From positions 40,982,001-41,046,000 of the forward strand of contig OZ024740.1 of the NCBI GenBank assembly GCA_964016885.1: a stretch of DNA of 64,000 bases, written 5' to 3'. The notes below the pieces were generated by a model. That model did not search any database. It saw only the letters and a program-made list of their open reading frames with translations, and was not told where the DNA came from. The position numbers and the translations under genes are program-made. Shown here piece after piece: positions 12,248-25,740 of this stretch (positions are counted from its first letter, which is position 1; each line of letters begins with the position of its first letter). The stretch comes from Eledone cirrhosa (taxonomy: Eukaryota).

Positions 12248-13396
12248 TATATACACACATATATGTAGTGGATACATGTTATTCTTTGATGGATGTTTGA
12301 TAAAAAGAATAATGCCATGATTATGATGTTGACAATAACAATATGTAACAGAATTTATTACTACATTAATTTGCTGGCTAGCTACTTCGAGCTAGCGTGC
12401 ATGCATGTATCAATACAACGATACAATAGAAGTGATTCAACAGGAAGGCGCAAGAATAGATAAAGCACATAAGTAAACAGTATGATCGAACCTGAGTGTG
12501 TGTGTGTATTCTTAATATTCGCTATTCCCCTCAAGGACTGCTTGTAGTGTGTGGCCGAGAAGGTGAGAGCCAGTAAGGCCAAGAGAGAGAAAGCGTAAAA
12601 GGTCTGCTACATCGTTAACCTTAACACGGACTGCTGCTTCGTAGTCTGGCTCTTGGATTTCCCAAGTCCTTGTATTTATAATAACCCTATAGCTAGAAGG
12701 ATGTGTATATGGGTTGATTTATGGGTAGCCATCTGTGTTTCCTCTGTCTACAAGCTGGGGTCACAGGTCAAGTGGTATGTACGTTTATCATACTTGTTTC
12801 TTGACAGGACAATCGCGGGAACTTCTAATAATAGGTGGTCCCAGATGCGAGAACTCTTAGATTCGGTTTCGAATCTTCGCCGGTAAAACATAGGAGTATT
12901 CCGTTACATATATATATATATAGTTTTTGTAATTCTTGCATTAATTTTACACATACTGAATTCATCCGCCAAAAACTGGGGTTACCTCCCTTGCAGAGTA
13001 ATACACGTGGGGCAATCACTACTACACATTACTGCTGCCGGTATCCCGCTCGCTGGCTGAGAACAAAATACCTGTTGACGAAGTGGCAGCCTTGTTTGAT
13101 CATTATACCAAAAGCTTAATATGGAAGCAGGCAGTATAATTGATTTAGGTGTCGCAGAAACCCGTTCACTGGATTATACCATCAATTCCAGGGGTCCGGG
13201 TAATTCTTTCGTTTGACCTGTTTTTTGGGGCTTCGGTGGCTGATGGCTTCTTGACCGCCATTCTCAGTATGTTTGGCCTCTATAACGTATGTTTATTGCT
13301 CTGATCTTATTTTAGTCCATTGAGCGCTTGCCGCCGCATATCTCGAAAATTGCGTTTCGCTTTGTTTTTGATCACTGCCGAAATTCGATCTCGCTG

Positions 13397-13478
<82 letters not shown>

Positions 13479-13509
13479 AAAGAATAGAGGTGTAACACAC
13501 GAGTTATGA

Positions 13510-13783
13510 TATATTGGTAAAAGGAAAAGAAAATGCTGACAAATTGTTCCCAGTGAAAAATAGTTTAATTAGGAATAAGTAATAATAATCTGATTAGAGC
13601 AAACATCACGGGCGCTCTATCTCAAAATTATTTTTGAAAAGCATTAGAAATGCGCAACCGGTTAAAAAATTAAAACCAAAACTGAATACTAACCAATACT
13701 ATTACTAATTTTTACTTATTCCTAATTAAACTATTTTTCACTGGGAACAATTTGTCAGCATTTTCTTTTCCTTTTACCAATAT
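13510..13783. repeat. Palindromic (TA)n-embedded module with ~70-bp arms and internal hammerhead-like fold (13631-13666 +)
   Basis: ATATTGGTAAAAGGAAAAG...AGGAATAAGTAA repeated inverted. Internal TTT-TTGAAAA-GCATT aga AATGC-GCAA-CCGG-TT-AAA. Confidence 0.75.
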
Positions 13784-13930
13784 ATATATATATATATATA
13801 TATATTACGTTATTCCGGGTTGAATCGGAGGTAACCACAGTAAGTAAGGTACTCAATACATTGCAGAGTATAAAAGTTTTAATATAGATGAGATTCTACA
13901 GGACTATAACTGTTTTATTCTTTAGAAATC

Positions 13931-13976
13931 ATCCTGATGATTTCTAAAGAATGAAACAGTTATAGTCCTGTAGAAT
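13931..13976 (+). ncRNA. Hammerhead ribozyme in palindrome ~13875-13997 (5' side of stem I truncated)
   Basis: CTGATGA-T-TTCT aa AGAA-T-GAAA-CAG ttatagtc CTG-TA-GAAT; homologous to 18142-18190. Confidence 0.65.
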
Positions 13977-14117
13977 CTCATCTATATTAAAACTTATATA
14001 TATATATATATATATATATAGGTCTTGAAATTCTGATTGTATATATATATATATATATAAGGAAAAAATATGAAATCGAAAATGCAACGAGTCTTTTTAA
14101 CAATATTTATTTGTTTC

Positions 14118-14153
14118 CTTTACCGGTTTCACAGTTCTTATGCTTTTCAAAAG
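14118..14153 (-). ncRNA. Minimal hammerhead ribozyme, U3-A8 core variant, in palindrome ~14058-14236
   Basis: Minus strand: CTT-TTGAAAA-GCA taagaac TGT-GAAA-CCGG-TA-AAG. Confidence 0.65.
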
Positions 14154-14270
14154 TAGAATTGAGATGGTAAAGGAAACAAATAAATATTCTTAAAAAGACT
14201 CCAGTTGCATTTTCGATTTCATCTTTTTTCCTTATACTTTCACTCGTGAAGGACATCTCGTTTTTTTTTC

Positions 14271-15049
<779 letters not shown>

Positions 15050-15362
15050 GATTTTGTAAGCTTTTCTAGCTATTATTATGCTGAATAACTATAGCTAAAC
15101 CACGAGGAGTTTTCTTTTTAGCTGTAATAATTGTCCAGTCGAGACGTTCATTAGAGGTTTTCCTGAAATGGCTATTAATTAGTATATCTTAAGACTAGTC
15201 TACTTAAGACTCATGTGAGCCTTGATTGGATAATTAATTATGTTAATTATCTAGTATTCGTAAGTATGGTGAAACCGTGGTATGGACAATTATTCAGGTA
15301 AAATTACATTTTTTCTTTGAATATATTTTATTTTGCTTTCTACGTTCTTAATCTTTATAGTA

Positions 15363-15648
15363 ACTAACAGAATGGCCCGGCGTTGCTCGGGTTTTGCTCT
15401 AGAGTTCTTATATATTTGATATATATATATCCTTATCGACCCTCGTGAAATAAATACGTTTGTTTATATTTTGTTATTGTGTATGCAAAAATATCTGTAC
15501 ACGAATATATAATTATATATATAAATATTAAAATAACAAATTAAAGTTTAAGCAAAGAATCGCTGCTTTCACCCTTAACGGTATCTTCTGAAACTAAAAA
15601 AATAAATCTGTGAACGCAGAAGTAAATATTTCTAAAAACGTTACACAC

Positions 15649-15739
<91 letters not shown>

Positions 15740-15976
15740 CGCGTCATAATGTCGTAATGCAGACAGTCAGACATAGAGACAGATATTATAAGGGCGTGGC
15801 GTTTGGCGCCTAATGCGGTCCCTAGAGCATTGAAAATTTTAAATTTTGTTTGCTCAAAACACTCACACGACCATAAATATTACATGTGTAAAGTTTGAAA
15901 ACAATCGGTTGGGTGGTTCTCGAGTTTTAGGAAGTCAGACAGACAGACAGACATTCTCTGTTTTAGATATATAGAT
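15363..15976 (-). mobile_element. Non-autonomous Helitron carrying a Penelope pLTR fragment
   Basis: Minus strand: TCTATATATCT...(GTCT)n 5' end; 3' hairpin CCCGAGCAACGCCGGG then TTAG-T. Internal ~15395-15645 resembles the pLTR at ~7075-7245. Confidence 0.65.
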
Positions 15977-15984
15977 AAAGGATA

Positions 15985-16521
15985 TTTGAGCTGATTTATG
16001 GTATATGATTGAGAAGTGAATCCTTGTGTCTCTCCAGAGAAACAGAATGGTTGTCAAAGAGGATCTTAAGAAGTGCCACTACAGAATACAGACTGAAAAA
16101 TAACTTTGGATATAGTGTGATCAGTTTGAAGATTGATTTTGAGTGGACCCCACACAGCCCCGATTTAAGCCACAACCCCAGATTTCTTTCTTTTGGGATA
16201 TCTGAAGAAGGGTATATGTCAACAAACCCAGGACCATCACTGAGTTAAAGGAAAACACCAGGGAGGAGATCAGAGCCACCCATAGGTCTGTTTGCAAAGA
16301 CGTTATGCTAAATACCACCAGGCTCCTAAAAAAAAAATTCATGGATCACTTGGAACATGCGCTGTAATACTGGAAAATAGTGAATTTATGACATGTTGTT
16401 TTTAATAGTTTGAACTAAGGATATTCGGAGTGTCGTCAGGTTTTGTAAAAAAAAAACAAAACAAAAAAAACAATAATGTAGGCAAACATAAAAATGGGAC
16501 CAGTCCTTTTTTATTCACCTT
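15985..16521 (+). mobile_element. Degenerate Tc1/mariner-superfamily transposase 3' fragment
   Basis: EWTPHSPDLS..., DFFLLGYLK, VYVNKPRTITELKENTREEI across frames. Confidence 0.75.
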
Positions 16522-16641
16522 ATATGATGAATGTATATATGAATGAGATGTCAACATGAATGGACCTGTTATTTTTATCTAAAGACATTTCTTCCAATTC
16601 CATCCCGTCCGTCCCCTCAATCTATTTTATTTCTCATTCTA

Positions 16642-16677
16642 TCTTCTGATGAAGGACTAGCGTCGGAAACGTTAGGA
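16642..16677 (+). ncRNA. Minimal hammerhead ribozyme (Penelope-type)
   Basis: TCTT-CTGATGA-AG-GAC tagc GTC-G-GAAAC-GTT-AGGA; palindromic AACGTT stem III. Confidence 0.65.
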
Positions 16678-17292
16678 CCCTCTTCCTGTTACATCAAGCG
16701 TATATTCCTTCCATATACTGTACCGATTGTGTTGTTATTTCTGTTTACCTTTTACATACATACATATATATATGTATATATATATATAATATATATCCCT
16801 ACACGCACAAAGCGCTTAGGGAAACATGTATTGTCCAACCATATGCCAGTGTGGTTCAATGGCAGGTTAATAAATTAACGAGCCAGAACATATATAATCA
16901 AGGTTTAGCAAATAAGAAAAAGTTTCAAAATAAATTAAAAAAAATTAACTTTACTCACTATGGTTACCTTTACTCACTATGGTTACCTTTACCTTATGGC
17001 ATCCATTGCAAAGATAAACTCTCGTCAGAAGTATCTTTTCACTCGGAGAATATAAAATTCCCGAGTTCAAATTACGAACTGGCGCTATTCAAAATTGTTC
17101 CCGAGATGAGAATAAATGAAGTGGGAGCAATTCCTTCAAGTGCCGTGTGTAAAGATAGAAGCAAAGGCAGGGAGGTCAGTCAACTACCACTATAACTGCT
17201 AAACCTTGATTATAATATATATATATATATACTATTTCCTGTCAGCATGGCTTGGCAAGCTAGTTAGAACGCTGGTTTGAGACCTTTATTTC

Positions 17293-17327
17293 CCTCTGAA
17301 GAAGAGATATTATCTCGAAAATTAAGG
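17293..17327 (+). ncRNA. Minimal hammerhead ribozyme
   Basis: CCT-CTGAAGA-A-GAGAT att ATCTC-GAAA-AT-TA-AGG. Confidence 0.65.
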
Positions 17328-17558
17328 ACATTTAAATAAATCTAAAAGACGAATTGTCAACAATATCTTTTGCAATTGCATTCTTTTTTCTATGTCCATA
17401 CCTGCATTGTTTTGGCTTTATTATACATATTCAAACGTTTATATATATATATATATATATATAACGAAGGAAATGTGGTAAGGAACCAGGTGGACCATAA
17501 CGCACCAAAGTACTCAATACTTAGGGTAGTAGAGTGGGTAATAGCAACGAGTAGGACC

Positions 17559-17607
<49 letters not shown>

Positions 17608-17635
17608 ATCAAAAGATGGTTAAAAGAGTTCCAAG

Positions 17636-17706
17636 TATTTTATTATGCGCATTTCAAAAACAAATATCATCATGGGATGATATCTGCGTTTTCATCAGAT
17701 AAAATA
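17636..17706 (-). ncRNA. Type I hammerhead ribozyme with canonical core
   Basis: Minus strand: TATTTTAT-CTGATGA-AAACGCAGATATCATC ccat GATGATATTTGTTTTT-GAAA-TGCGCA-TA-ATAAAATA. 8-bp stem I, ~15-bp stem II, palindromic stem III. Confidence 0.85.
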
Positions 17707-18025
17707 GGGATACATGATATGAAGCTTAAAAAACACTTGTGAATAGTGAAGTTTTAAATCAACATATTCACAAGCAAATTCGGCTTACTTATATGAAATG
17801 ATGAGTTAGCAAAGCACTCGACAAGGTAGGTCCTTAGAGTAATATTCATATTTACATATATATGAATATATTTAATGACTATTTCAAATTTAGGCACAAT
17901 GGCAGCAATTTGGAGGAAGGGAAAAGTCAATTAAATCAATACTCGACTGGTACTCTATTTTATCACCCCCAGAACGATGAAAGGCAATTTGAACTCAGAA
18001 TGTATACTACAAAGCATTAAATATA

Positions 18026-18075
<50 letters not shown>

Positions 18076-18141
18076 TATATTTAATATAGAAAGGCTTCTA
18101 CAGGACTAGAACTGTTTTATTCGGGAGAAATCATCGAGGGA

Positions 18142-18190
18142 GCTTCCTGATGATTTCTCCCGAATGAAACAGTTCCAGTCCTGTAGAAGC
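18142..18190 (+). ncRNA. Type I hammerhead ribozyme with canonical core in palindrome ~18087-18198
   Basis: GCTTC-CTGATGA-T-TTC tccc GAA-T-GAAA-CAG ttccagtc CTG-TA-GAAGC. Confidence 0.8.
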
Positions 18191-18314
18191 CTTTCTATAA
18201 TACATATTTATACTCTGCTTTGTATTGAGTACCTTACTTACTGTGGTTACCCCCGATTGAACCCGGGATAAACTTATATATATATGAATATATATATGAA
18301 TAGTTATATGAATG

Positions 18315-18573
<259 letters not shown>

Positions 18574-19917
18574 GGCCAGTTACTACAACGACGCCATACC
18601 AAGTTCGTACGTTTCGTTAGCCCCGAGGACCAGCTTCTTCAACATGTGCCGATGAAAAGGAACCGGAAAATATTTACTCAAAAAAGAAGAGATACAGGAG
18701 ATAGGGGAAAAAAGAAGACCCCAAATCAAGGGCAGATAATTTGAATGGTTTTTGGGGAGACAATATGACCGAGAAAACGCGAACAAGCGCTAAATGTTGT
18801 CACAGATAAAAACAAGTCAAACATTAACATTATTGTTGTTGTTGTTATTGTCACAGAAAGAAGAGTGGATGATTGATAGAATCGTTAGAATGTCAGACAA
18901 ATGCTTTGTAGTATACATTCTGAATTCAAATTTGCTTTTCATCCTTCTGGCGGTGATAAAATAGAGTACCAGTCGAGTATCTAAAGTATAATAAAGTAAG
19001 GAGTGCGGACTGCGTCCAGAATATTTTTTTTATCCCGTTTCTAAAATAAGTTGGTTTACTTTGAATAAATAATGAATGAATATTACATAATTTATCTACT
19101 AAATTTCGTTATTCTTGATTAAATACAAATAATTTTGTTGCTTATTTTAAGATTCACTGCTTTAAAATTTTCAAATGTAAACACTTCCAGATAGCAATCG
19201 CTTAAATAAACATTCATATATTTCCGTCACTAATTTTCTCCTAATGCAGTTTATATATAATATCGTCTTTTTTTCATGTCTCATGGATTACGTTACTGAT
19301 TACATAAGACAGTGTAACGCAGTCTTCGTTCAATTTCTGTGTATATTGTCATTTACGATTTTATTTGATGTATCATATCTACATGCATATATACTTGCGT
19401 ATAATATCAATATATACACTACACATGCTAGCAGAAAACCATACGTAGAGTGGTTTTTCTGCTAGTTGATTTAATTGACTTTTCCCTTCCTCCAAATAGC
19501 TGCCGTTGTGCCTAAATTTGAAATAGTCCTTGTCCCAGATAAAGACAAACAATATATTTAGATTATCATTGTTGCACGTACATGGGCAAGAAATCTACTG
19601 ACAAGCGCTATTAACCTTATAATTCTTCAGTAGCTCATCGCAAATACTGTAATTACCACTCTGACATTTAAAATGACCTCACTTTTGCACATTAAATCAA
19701 GTAATTTAAAGCAATGACACTGCCATGTTAAAGAAGAGTTGTATTTTCTGAATTTTGTATCATTTTTCTTTTTGTATACCAACCTAACCAACCTTATTTA
19801 TTCATATTGGTACAGTTTTCAGTGGGCTAGCTGATCTGAAATTTTATTGCGTCGGACTTGGAAACAAACAAACAAACACACATGTACGCACATACACACA
19901 CACCACACACACATATG

Positions 19918-20014
<97 letters not shown>

Positions 20015-20124
20015 CATTTATAGAAAATCAAGTTGAAGAAATTTATGGCATTTTCTGTCATACATGTTTCAACAAGAAAGAGGTAAATAAAAGGAAACTG
20101 AAAAAGTTGATCAAACTCCATTAG

Positions 20125-20572
20125 AGTCAGACACCATGCTTTGCAGCATAGAGTTACGGCCCTTTATGATACCGCGGAGGTTAACTTTGCCTATCATCCT
20201 TACGGGGTCGATAAAATAAAGTACCAGTAACGTACTGAGGTCGATTTAATCAACTTTCCCCTCCCCACAAATAACAGGTCTTGTGCCTATACTAGAAATC
20301 ATTATTAATAATTGTTTAAAATAAAGTACCAGTAATGTACTGGTTAATTGCTGGCCTTGAGCCAATAGTAGAAACAATTATTAATAATTGTTTCTACTTT
20401 TGACACACGGCCAGCAATTACCCCAGTGCGTCAATGGTACTTTATTTTATCGACCCCGTTAGGATGAAAGGCAAAGTTAACCTCGGCGGGATTTGAACTC
20501 AGACCGTAAAGGCCCATAACTCTATGTTGCAAAGCATAGTGTCTCACGCTCTACCGATACTGCCAATCCACT
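20125..20572. mobile_element. Cluster of family A SINE copies in opposite orientations
   Basis: CATCCTTACGGGGTCGATAAAATAAAGTACCAG core on the plus strand (~20195) and the minus strand (~20435-20465). Confidence 0.85.
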
Positions 20573-20601
20573 TGTGTATTTGTCCGTAACACACTAGAGA
20601 T

Positions 20602-20723
20602 GACTGAGGAAGGAAGGGGTGATTACGTCGACTGAGGAAGGAAGGGGTGATTACGTCGACTGAGGAAGGAAGGGGTGATTACGTCGACTGAGGAAGGAAG
20701 GGGTGATTACGTCGACTGAGGAA
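20602..20723. repeat. 28-bp minisatellite, about 4.3 copies
   Basis: GACTGAGGAAGGAAGGGGTGATTACGTC repeated. Confidence 0.95.
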
Positions 20724-21645
20724 AGAGAGAGTGTGTGTGTGTGTTAGAAACTACAGAAGTCCTGCGTTCTAAGATTCGTCACAGCTGTGTGTTTGTATGT
20801 TTGTATCACTTGTGTGAGTGAGCACGAAGGGGCCAACAAACAAACATCACTTTTTTTATATTATGTATAGATATTACAATTAACCGTCGTTTTTGACGGC
20901 ACAGGACCAGCTAGTTAATGATTGTTTCTACTTTTGGCACAAGGCCAGAAATTACACAGTGCATTACTAGTATTTTATTTTATCGATCCCGTAAGGATGA
21001 AAGGCATAGTTCCATTTATTGGCCACATGACGTACATATAGGGGACAATACAATAGACGGAGACAGTAGGTATTTACAATAAACATCGAGTAAAAACAAA
21101 TTAACAGAAACAATTAGCAAGTCTTTGCTGATGGTGGATCTGTACATGCTGCTGTTGTTGGTTGTCACCGCTGGTGATTTATTTTATCGACTCCGTAAGG
21201 ATGAAAGGCAAAGCTAACTTCGGCGGGTGTATTGTCACATAACGTGACAACCCGTCTAACACACTCAAGCGTAGAAAATGGACGCTAATCGGCGGTGATG
21301 ATGATGTATCTATGTATTTGACTCTGAACATTGACACAAGGAATTTGCCTTTAACATTTAATCTCACTCAATCTTCAGAGGCTTCATAAAATATACAAAA
21401 ATATAGGAAAATACATAATTTCAAAAACAAAAACAACAAAAAACATCGAAACATTAAGGGTAAATGTGTGAAAGATAATAGAACCCAGTTTATAGATATA
21501 CCTGCATTGGAGTAATACTGAAGCGAAGTTTTATTTGTTGTGGAAGAAATGTTGAACACGACAAATACTAACAATTCTGGTGAATATATATCTTTACTTC
21601 CGCAGAAAGGAAAAAAATATGATTACTTCGAATCATAAATATAAT

Positions 21646-22031
21646 TGTGTCTACTTTTGGCACAAGGCCAGTAATTACCCCCAGTACATTACTGGAGCTT
21701 GATTTTATCGACCCCATAAGGAAGAAAGGCAAAGTTAACCTCGGCGGGATTTGAACTCTGACCGTAAAGGGTCGTAACTCCATGCTGCAAAGCATGGCAT
21801 CCGGCCCTCCACCGATACTGCCAATCCACCGCCGAATCATAAATATAATTGTTTCTACTTTAGGCACAAGGCCAGCAATTACCCAGTGCATTACTGGTAC
21901 TTTATTTTATCGACCCCGTAAGGATGAAAGGCAAAGTCAACCTCGGCGGGATTTGAACTCAGATCGTAAAGGGACGTAACTATGCTGGAAAGCATGGCGT
22001 CCGACCCTCTACCGATACTGCCAATCCACCG
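21646..22031 (-). mobile_element. Two head-to-tail family A SINEs (21646-21833 and 21850-22031)
   Basis: A/B boxes on the minus strand. 16-bp TSD GAATCATAAATATAAT flanks the first copy. Confidence 0.9.
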
Positions 22032-22499
22032 TGTTCAGTGAAGCTTCAGTGTTGTGCACGAATCTTTTATTTACCGTGAGATGTTCCCTTAAAAAAAAAG
22101 TGACAAGTTGTAGCTAGCTGATAGCAAAACGGTATATATACGCAGGCTGTGGTGTACAGGTTAAGAGGCAGTGGACTGAGGACTGTTGAAGTGACAAGGG
22201 AAGAATTGCTGTCGGGCCCTTGTCGAGAGGACCCGAGTGTTTGGCTAAGTGCTACAGCTCTCTACTTGCTAGAGCAACTTCGTGTGATGTCTCCCTTGAG
22301 AGACAAAAGCAGAATGTGTATATAAGCTAATTAATCTCTGATAAACTGCAAATGACTCATCTCTCCAGACTGGTTGACGCTAGATTTTGAAACAAAAGAA
22401 AATGAGCAACGTGTTGCCTAGAGGTCAGCATATGAGGTCACATTGACCCACTTTGCTAACATCAGAACAAGAGTTTAAATTACTGCTACAGTACAACGC

Positions 22500-23320
22500 C
22501 TCGGCATCCGCATATGCGAGCCAAACAGATGCTATTGTTGAGCAGTGGTGGACGAGTTCGGTATGTACTTATCTTGCCGCCTTGGTGCTTGCCGGCTCCC
22601 CCGTTAAGCCGCTCTGAACGACATCACCAGAAGGAGCCTCGACACAGCCGGTTTTCCGTCACAATTGGAGCCGGCTGGCCTCGACCGTGGCGATGGCATG
22701 CGCCCCGGTGGATTAACCTTCTTCCCTTTCGAGGGTGGTAAATCCCTGATTTGGGATACGACGTGCAGCGCCTCGTTCTCTACCTCCAGGCTTGTAGCTT
22801 CAGCCACAAATCCAGGCTACATTGCTTGCAATGCAGAGGAGATGACGATAGTCAAATACCGGAGCCTGAAATGACAGCTTTCTCTTTGCACCGGTCTCCG
22901 TCTAAATCTTTGGCATTCTTAGTTCTAGCACTGTTGATTTCATCCGTAAAGTCGGAAAGACAGCGGCTGACTTGAGGAGGGAGTTTCGTAAGCTGGGGTG
23001 GTTGTTACAGCGTGTAGTGACCTACATTCTGATGGCTCTTGAATACATTCTCCATACGTTGTTTGGCTCAGTTCAGCCAATCACTATCAGTGTAGGAGAA
23101 TGTATTTCAACTTCCGCCGAAAGGGAAAACTTTCCCGCTTCGCTTCGAAAATCTCTCTCTTTGAATCTCGTCACCAGAAGGTAAACATCTCTTGATGTTC
23201 AGCGATTGGCTGAACTGATGGAGAATGTATTCAAGAGCCATGAGAATGTAGGTCACTACAAGCGGATATTTCTGGCCGTTCTCCGCGGTAACGCTTTTGA
23301 TATTTCTTTCGTTGCTTGAT
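22500..23320 (+). mobile_element. Degenerate RLE-type (CRE-like) non-LTR retrotransposon 3' end
   Basis: EPAGLDRGDGMRPGGLTFFPFEGGKSLIWDTTC; WLLQR|ISLAVLRGNA split by a MITE. Related 3' ends at ~42160-42720 (+) and ~30950-31190 (-). Confidence 0.72.
23013..23260. mobile_element. MITE with TGT...ACA termini, long TIRs and 4-bp TSD (Ginger-like)
   Basis: TIR TGTAGTGACCTACATTCT(G/C)ATGGCTCTTGAATACATTCTCCAT; TSD AGCG on both sides. Confidence 0.85.
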
Positions 23321-23926
23321 CCCTTTTCTTTTTCTTCTTCCTTTTCCGTTCCCTTTAGTAATGTGTTTTGTTTATATTAGATACTGCTCAATTATTTTTA
23401 TATAATGTCAATGGTTTTTCATGATATTGTGAGATTTTGTATATTGAATATGTTTTATTTTTTATTAATGATTAAGCTTGCATTTTGACAACTTTTGAAA
23501 AAAAAACAAAACTCTGGATGTTTTAAACTTTACCACTCATAGTCTCTCACCATTATGATATATCTTCTTACCTATGAATTGCCATATATATATATAATGG
23601 GTATGTGTGTATGTCTTTTCATAGCCTCCGTGTACTTTCAGTACACGGAGGCTATGAAAAGACATACACACATACCTATAATATATATATGGCAATATGA
23701 TCAACCCTCCAAAACGATCGTAAAACAATATGAATAGGTAAAATAACTCGACTTTGTTATTATTATTTTCATTGTTAAATTAATACCTAATATCTGACTC
23801 TGTATCTAAGGAATTAACTCAGTGGAACACGGAACCTTTCTATGGATTTCACTGGATTACTCGCTCTCAGATTACATTGAGTTCTATCTACGGTACGGAC
23901 CCTACCACCAAGGGTAGACCACACTG

Positions 23927-24033
<107 letters not shown>

Positions 24034-24109
24034 AAGTTATCTCGAATATCGAGTTTGAAGCGCGGGTGTATTAGAATTCGTAGAATAATTGGAAGAACAC
24101 AACACGAGG

Positions 24110-24445
24110 AAGCTGTTAAAACAACAAAATGCCGTCAATGACAGCGTCAGGTAAAATTTACCCCAAAGGATAGAAATCAGCGGCTGGAAGTGATCACTGT
24201 TGCACGAGCCGTTTATTTTACGTGGTACTTTTAGTTAAATCGTCGAAACCGCAGGCGGTCTAAAAGCTGATGAGTGTATTTAAATGTTTGTGTGATCTCT
24301 CGTCAATTTTCTTCCCTTTCTCCTTTCTTCCTACCATTTCCGCGGGCCGAAACACTTCTAGCCGCTGATTTCTATCCTTTGATGTAAATTTTACCTGACG
24401 CTATCATTGATGGCATTTTGCTGTTTTAACAGCTTCCTTGCGTTG
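24110..24445. repeat. (TA)n-flanked module with ~80-bp imperfect inverted arms
   Basis: AGGAAGCTGTTAAAACAACAAAATGCC...CAGCGGCTGGAAGTG is inverted at ~24353-24438. Confidence 0.75.
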
Positions 24446-24605
24446 ATATATATATATATATATATAAGAAGTACTAACTAATACCTCCTCTAGCCTGTTA
24501 TGACTTACTAGCTCTATACGGACGTTTAAATTGAATAAATAAATAAGCACAATCAGGTTGTTGTTATTTTACACCAGGTTAGATCTGTTCGAGTAGATAT
24601 ATAAT

Positions 24606-24793
24606 TGTTTCTACTATTGGCACAAGGCCAGCAATTATACCAGTGCATTACTGGTACTTTACTTTATCGACCCCGTAAGGATGAAAGGCAAAGTTAACCT
24701 TAGCGGGATTTGAACTCAGAATGGCAAGGGCCGTAACTCTATACGTCAAAGCATGGCGTCCGACCCTCTACCGATACTGCCAATCCACCGCCC
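24606..24793 (-). mobile_element. Family A SINE (other copies 34893-35098 +, ~41160-41360 +, 45293-45476 +)
   Basis: Same sequence as 5108-5290; TSD-like TAGATATATAAT. Confidence 0.9.
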
Positions 24794-25740
24794 TATAGAT
24801 ATATAATAAAAAAAGTATTTCACCTGTGACCATCGTTGTTCAACCATTTCCCTATCTGTAGGAAAGAGAAGGTCTCATTATCTAATACGTTATTTTCAAA
24901 GACAATGAGGTGTTATCTAGGGAAATTTAACTGTTATTTCTAACAAGTTGAATGACCGCATAGTATCGTTCTAATTCAGGGGGAGTAACCAGTGTGCTAT
25001 TGTTGTCTAGTGTGATGGCCATACATAGTTGTCTCGATTTATCGTACACTATAACATTTTTTTTTTAAAATGGTCCTTTTCTTTCTGCAGATGTTAAAAG
25101 ACAACCTTTCGCTGCTTGTATCTAATTGTACATTGAAAGCTATTAATTAGTTTCATATAGTCCAGACTAGAATTTACCAACATGTTTTCTGCCTCCAGCT
25201 TTGTCACTTCGGCCACCAGCCTGGACATTATCCCTCAACCCCGTCCGCATCATGCAGGAGGAGAAAATAGCTAAAATACCAGGGCTTCACTGACCATTTC
25301 CTTTTCGTGTTGGTCACTGTCAAATTCGTGAGGAGTGATCCTGCTGGAGAAAGGACACCGTGAGGTGGAGTGGCTGATGCAGCGGTTTTCACTGATTCTT
25401 CTCCGTGACTATGATTTCGGGGCACAGCTGAGATATACCATATACCAACCTAGCTCCCCTCTCCCCCTCCTTTACTTTTGCTATCTATTTTGTCCTTCTC
25501 TTTCTCTTTCTGTTTCTTTTCTATACAAATATATAATCCAACTGAAATTTTTTGAACAATGTTCCCTTTTACAATTAGACGACTAGAACCTCACCCCTAC
25601 AAAAAATGGTGAAGCTGGGGTATACGACGATTGCCCCTGTCCCATATATTTTACACCAAAGAATGATTTATAATATTATCAAATATCGTGTATTCGAAGC
25701 CGATCTCTCGGATTTTTACGAAGCGCTGAGGGATTAAAGT

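Noticed and set aside
17021-17078. Minus-strand hammerhead-like fold in module 16888-17215
   Set aside because: Stems and GAAA..UC are present but the CUGANGA core is reduced to TTTGA; treated as decayed and not listed as a feature.
19575-21610. Possible minus-strand exons near 19582-19660 and 21502-21600
   Set aside because: Splice-like signals are weak, with stops or no recognisable homology; insufficient support.
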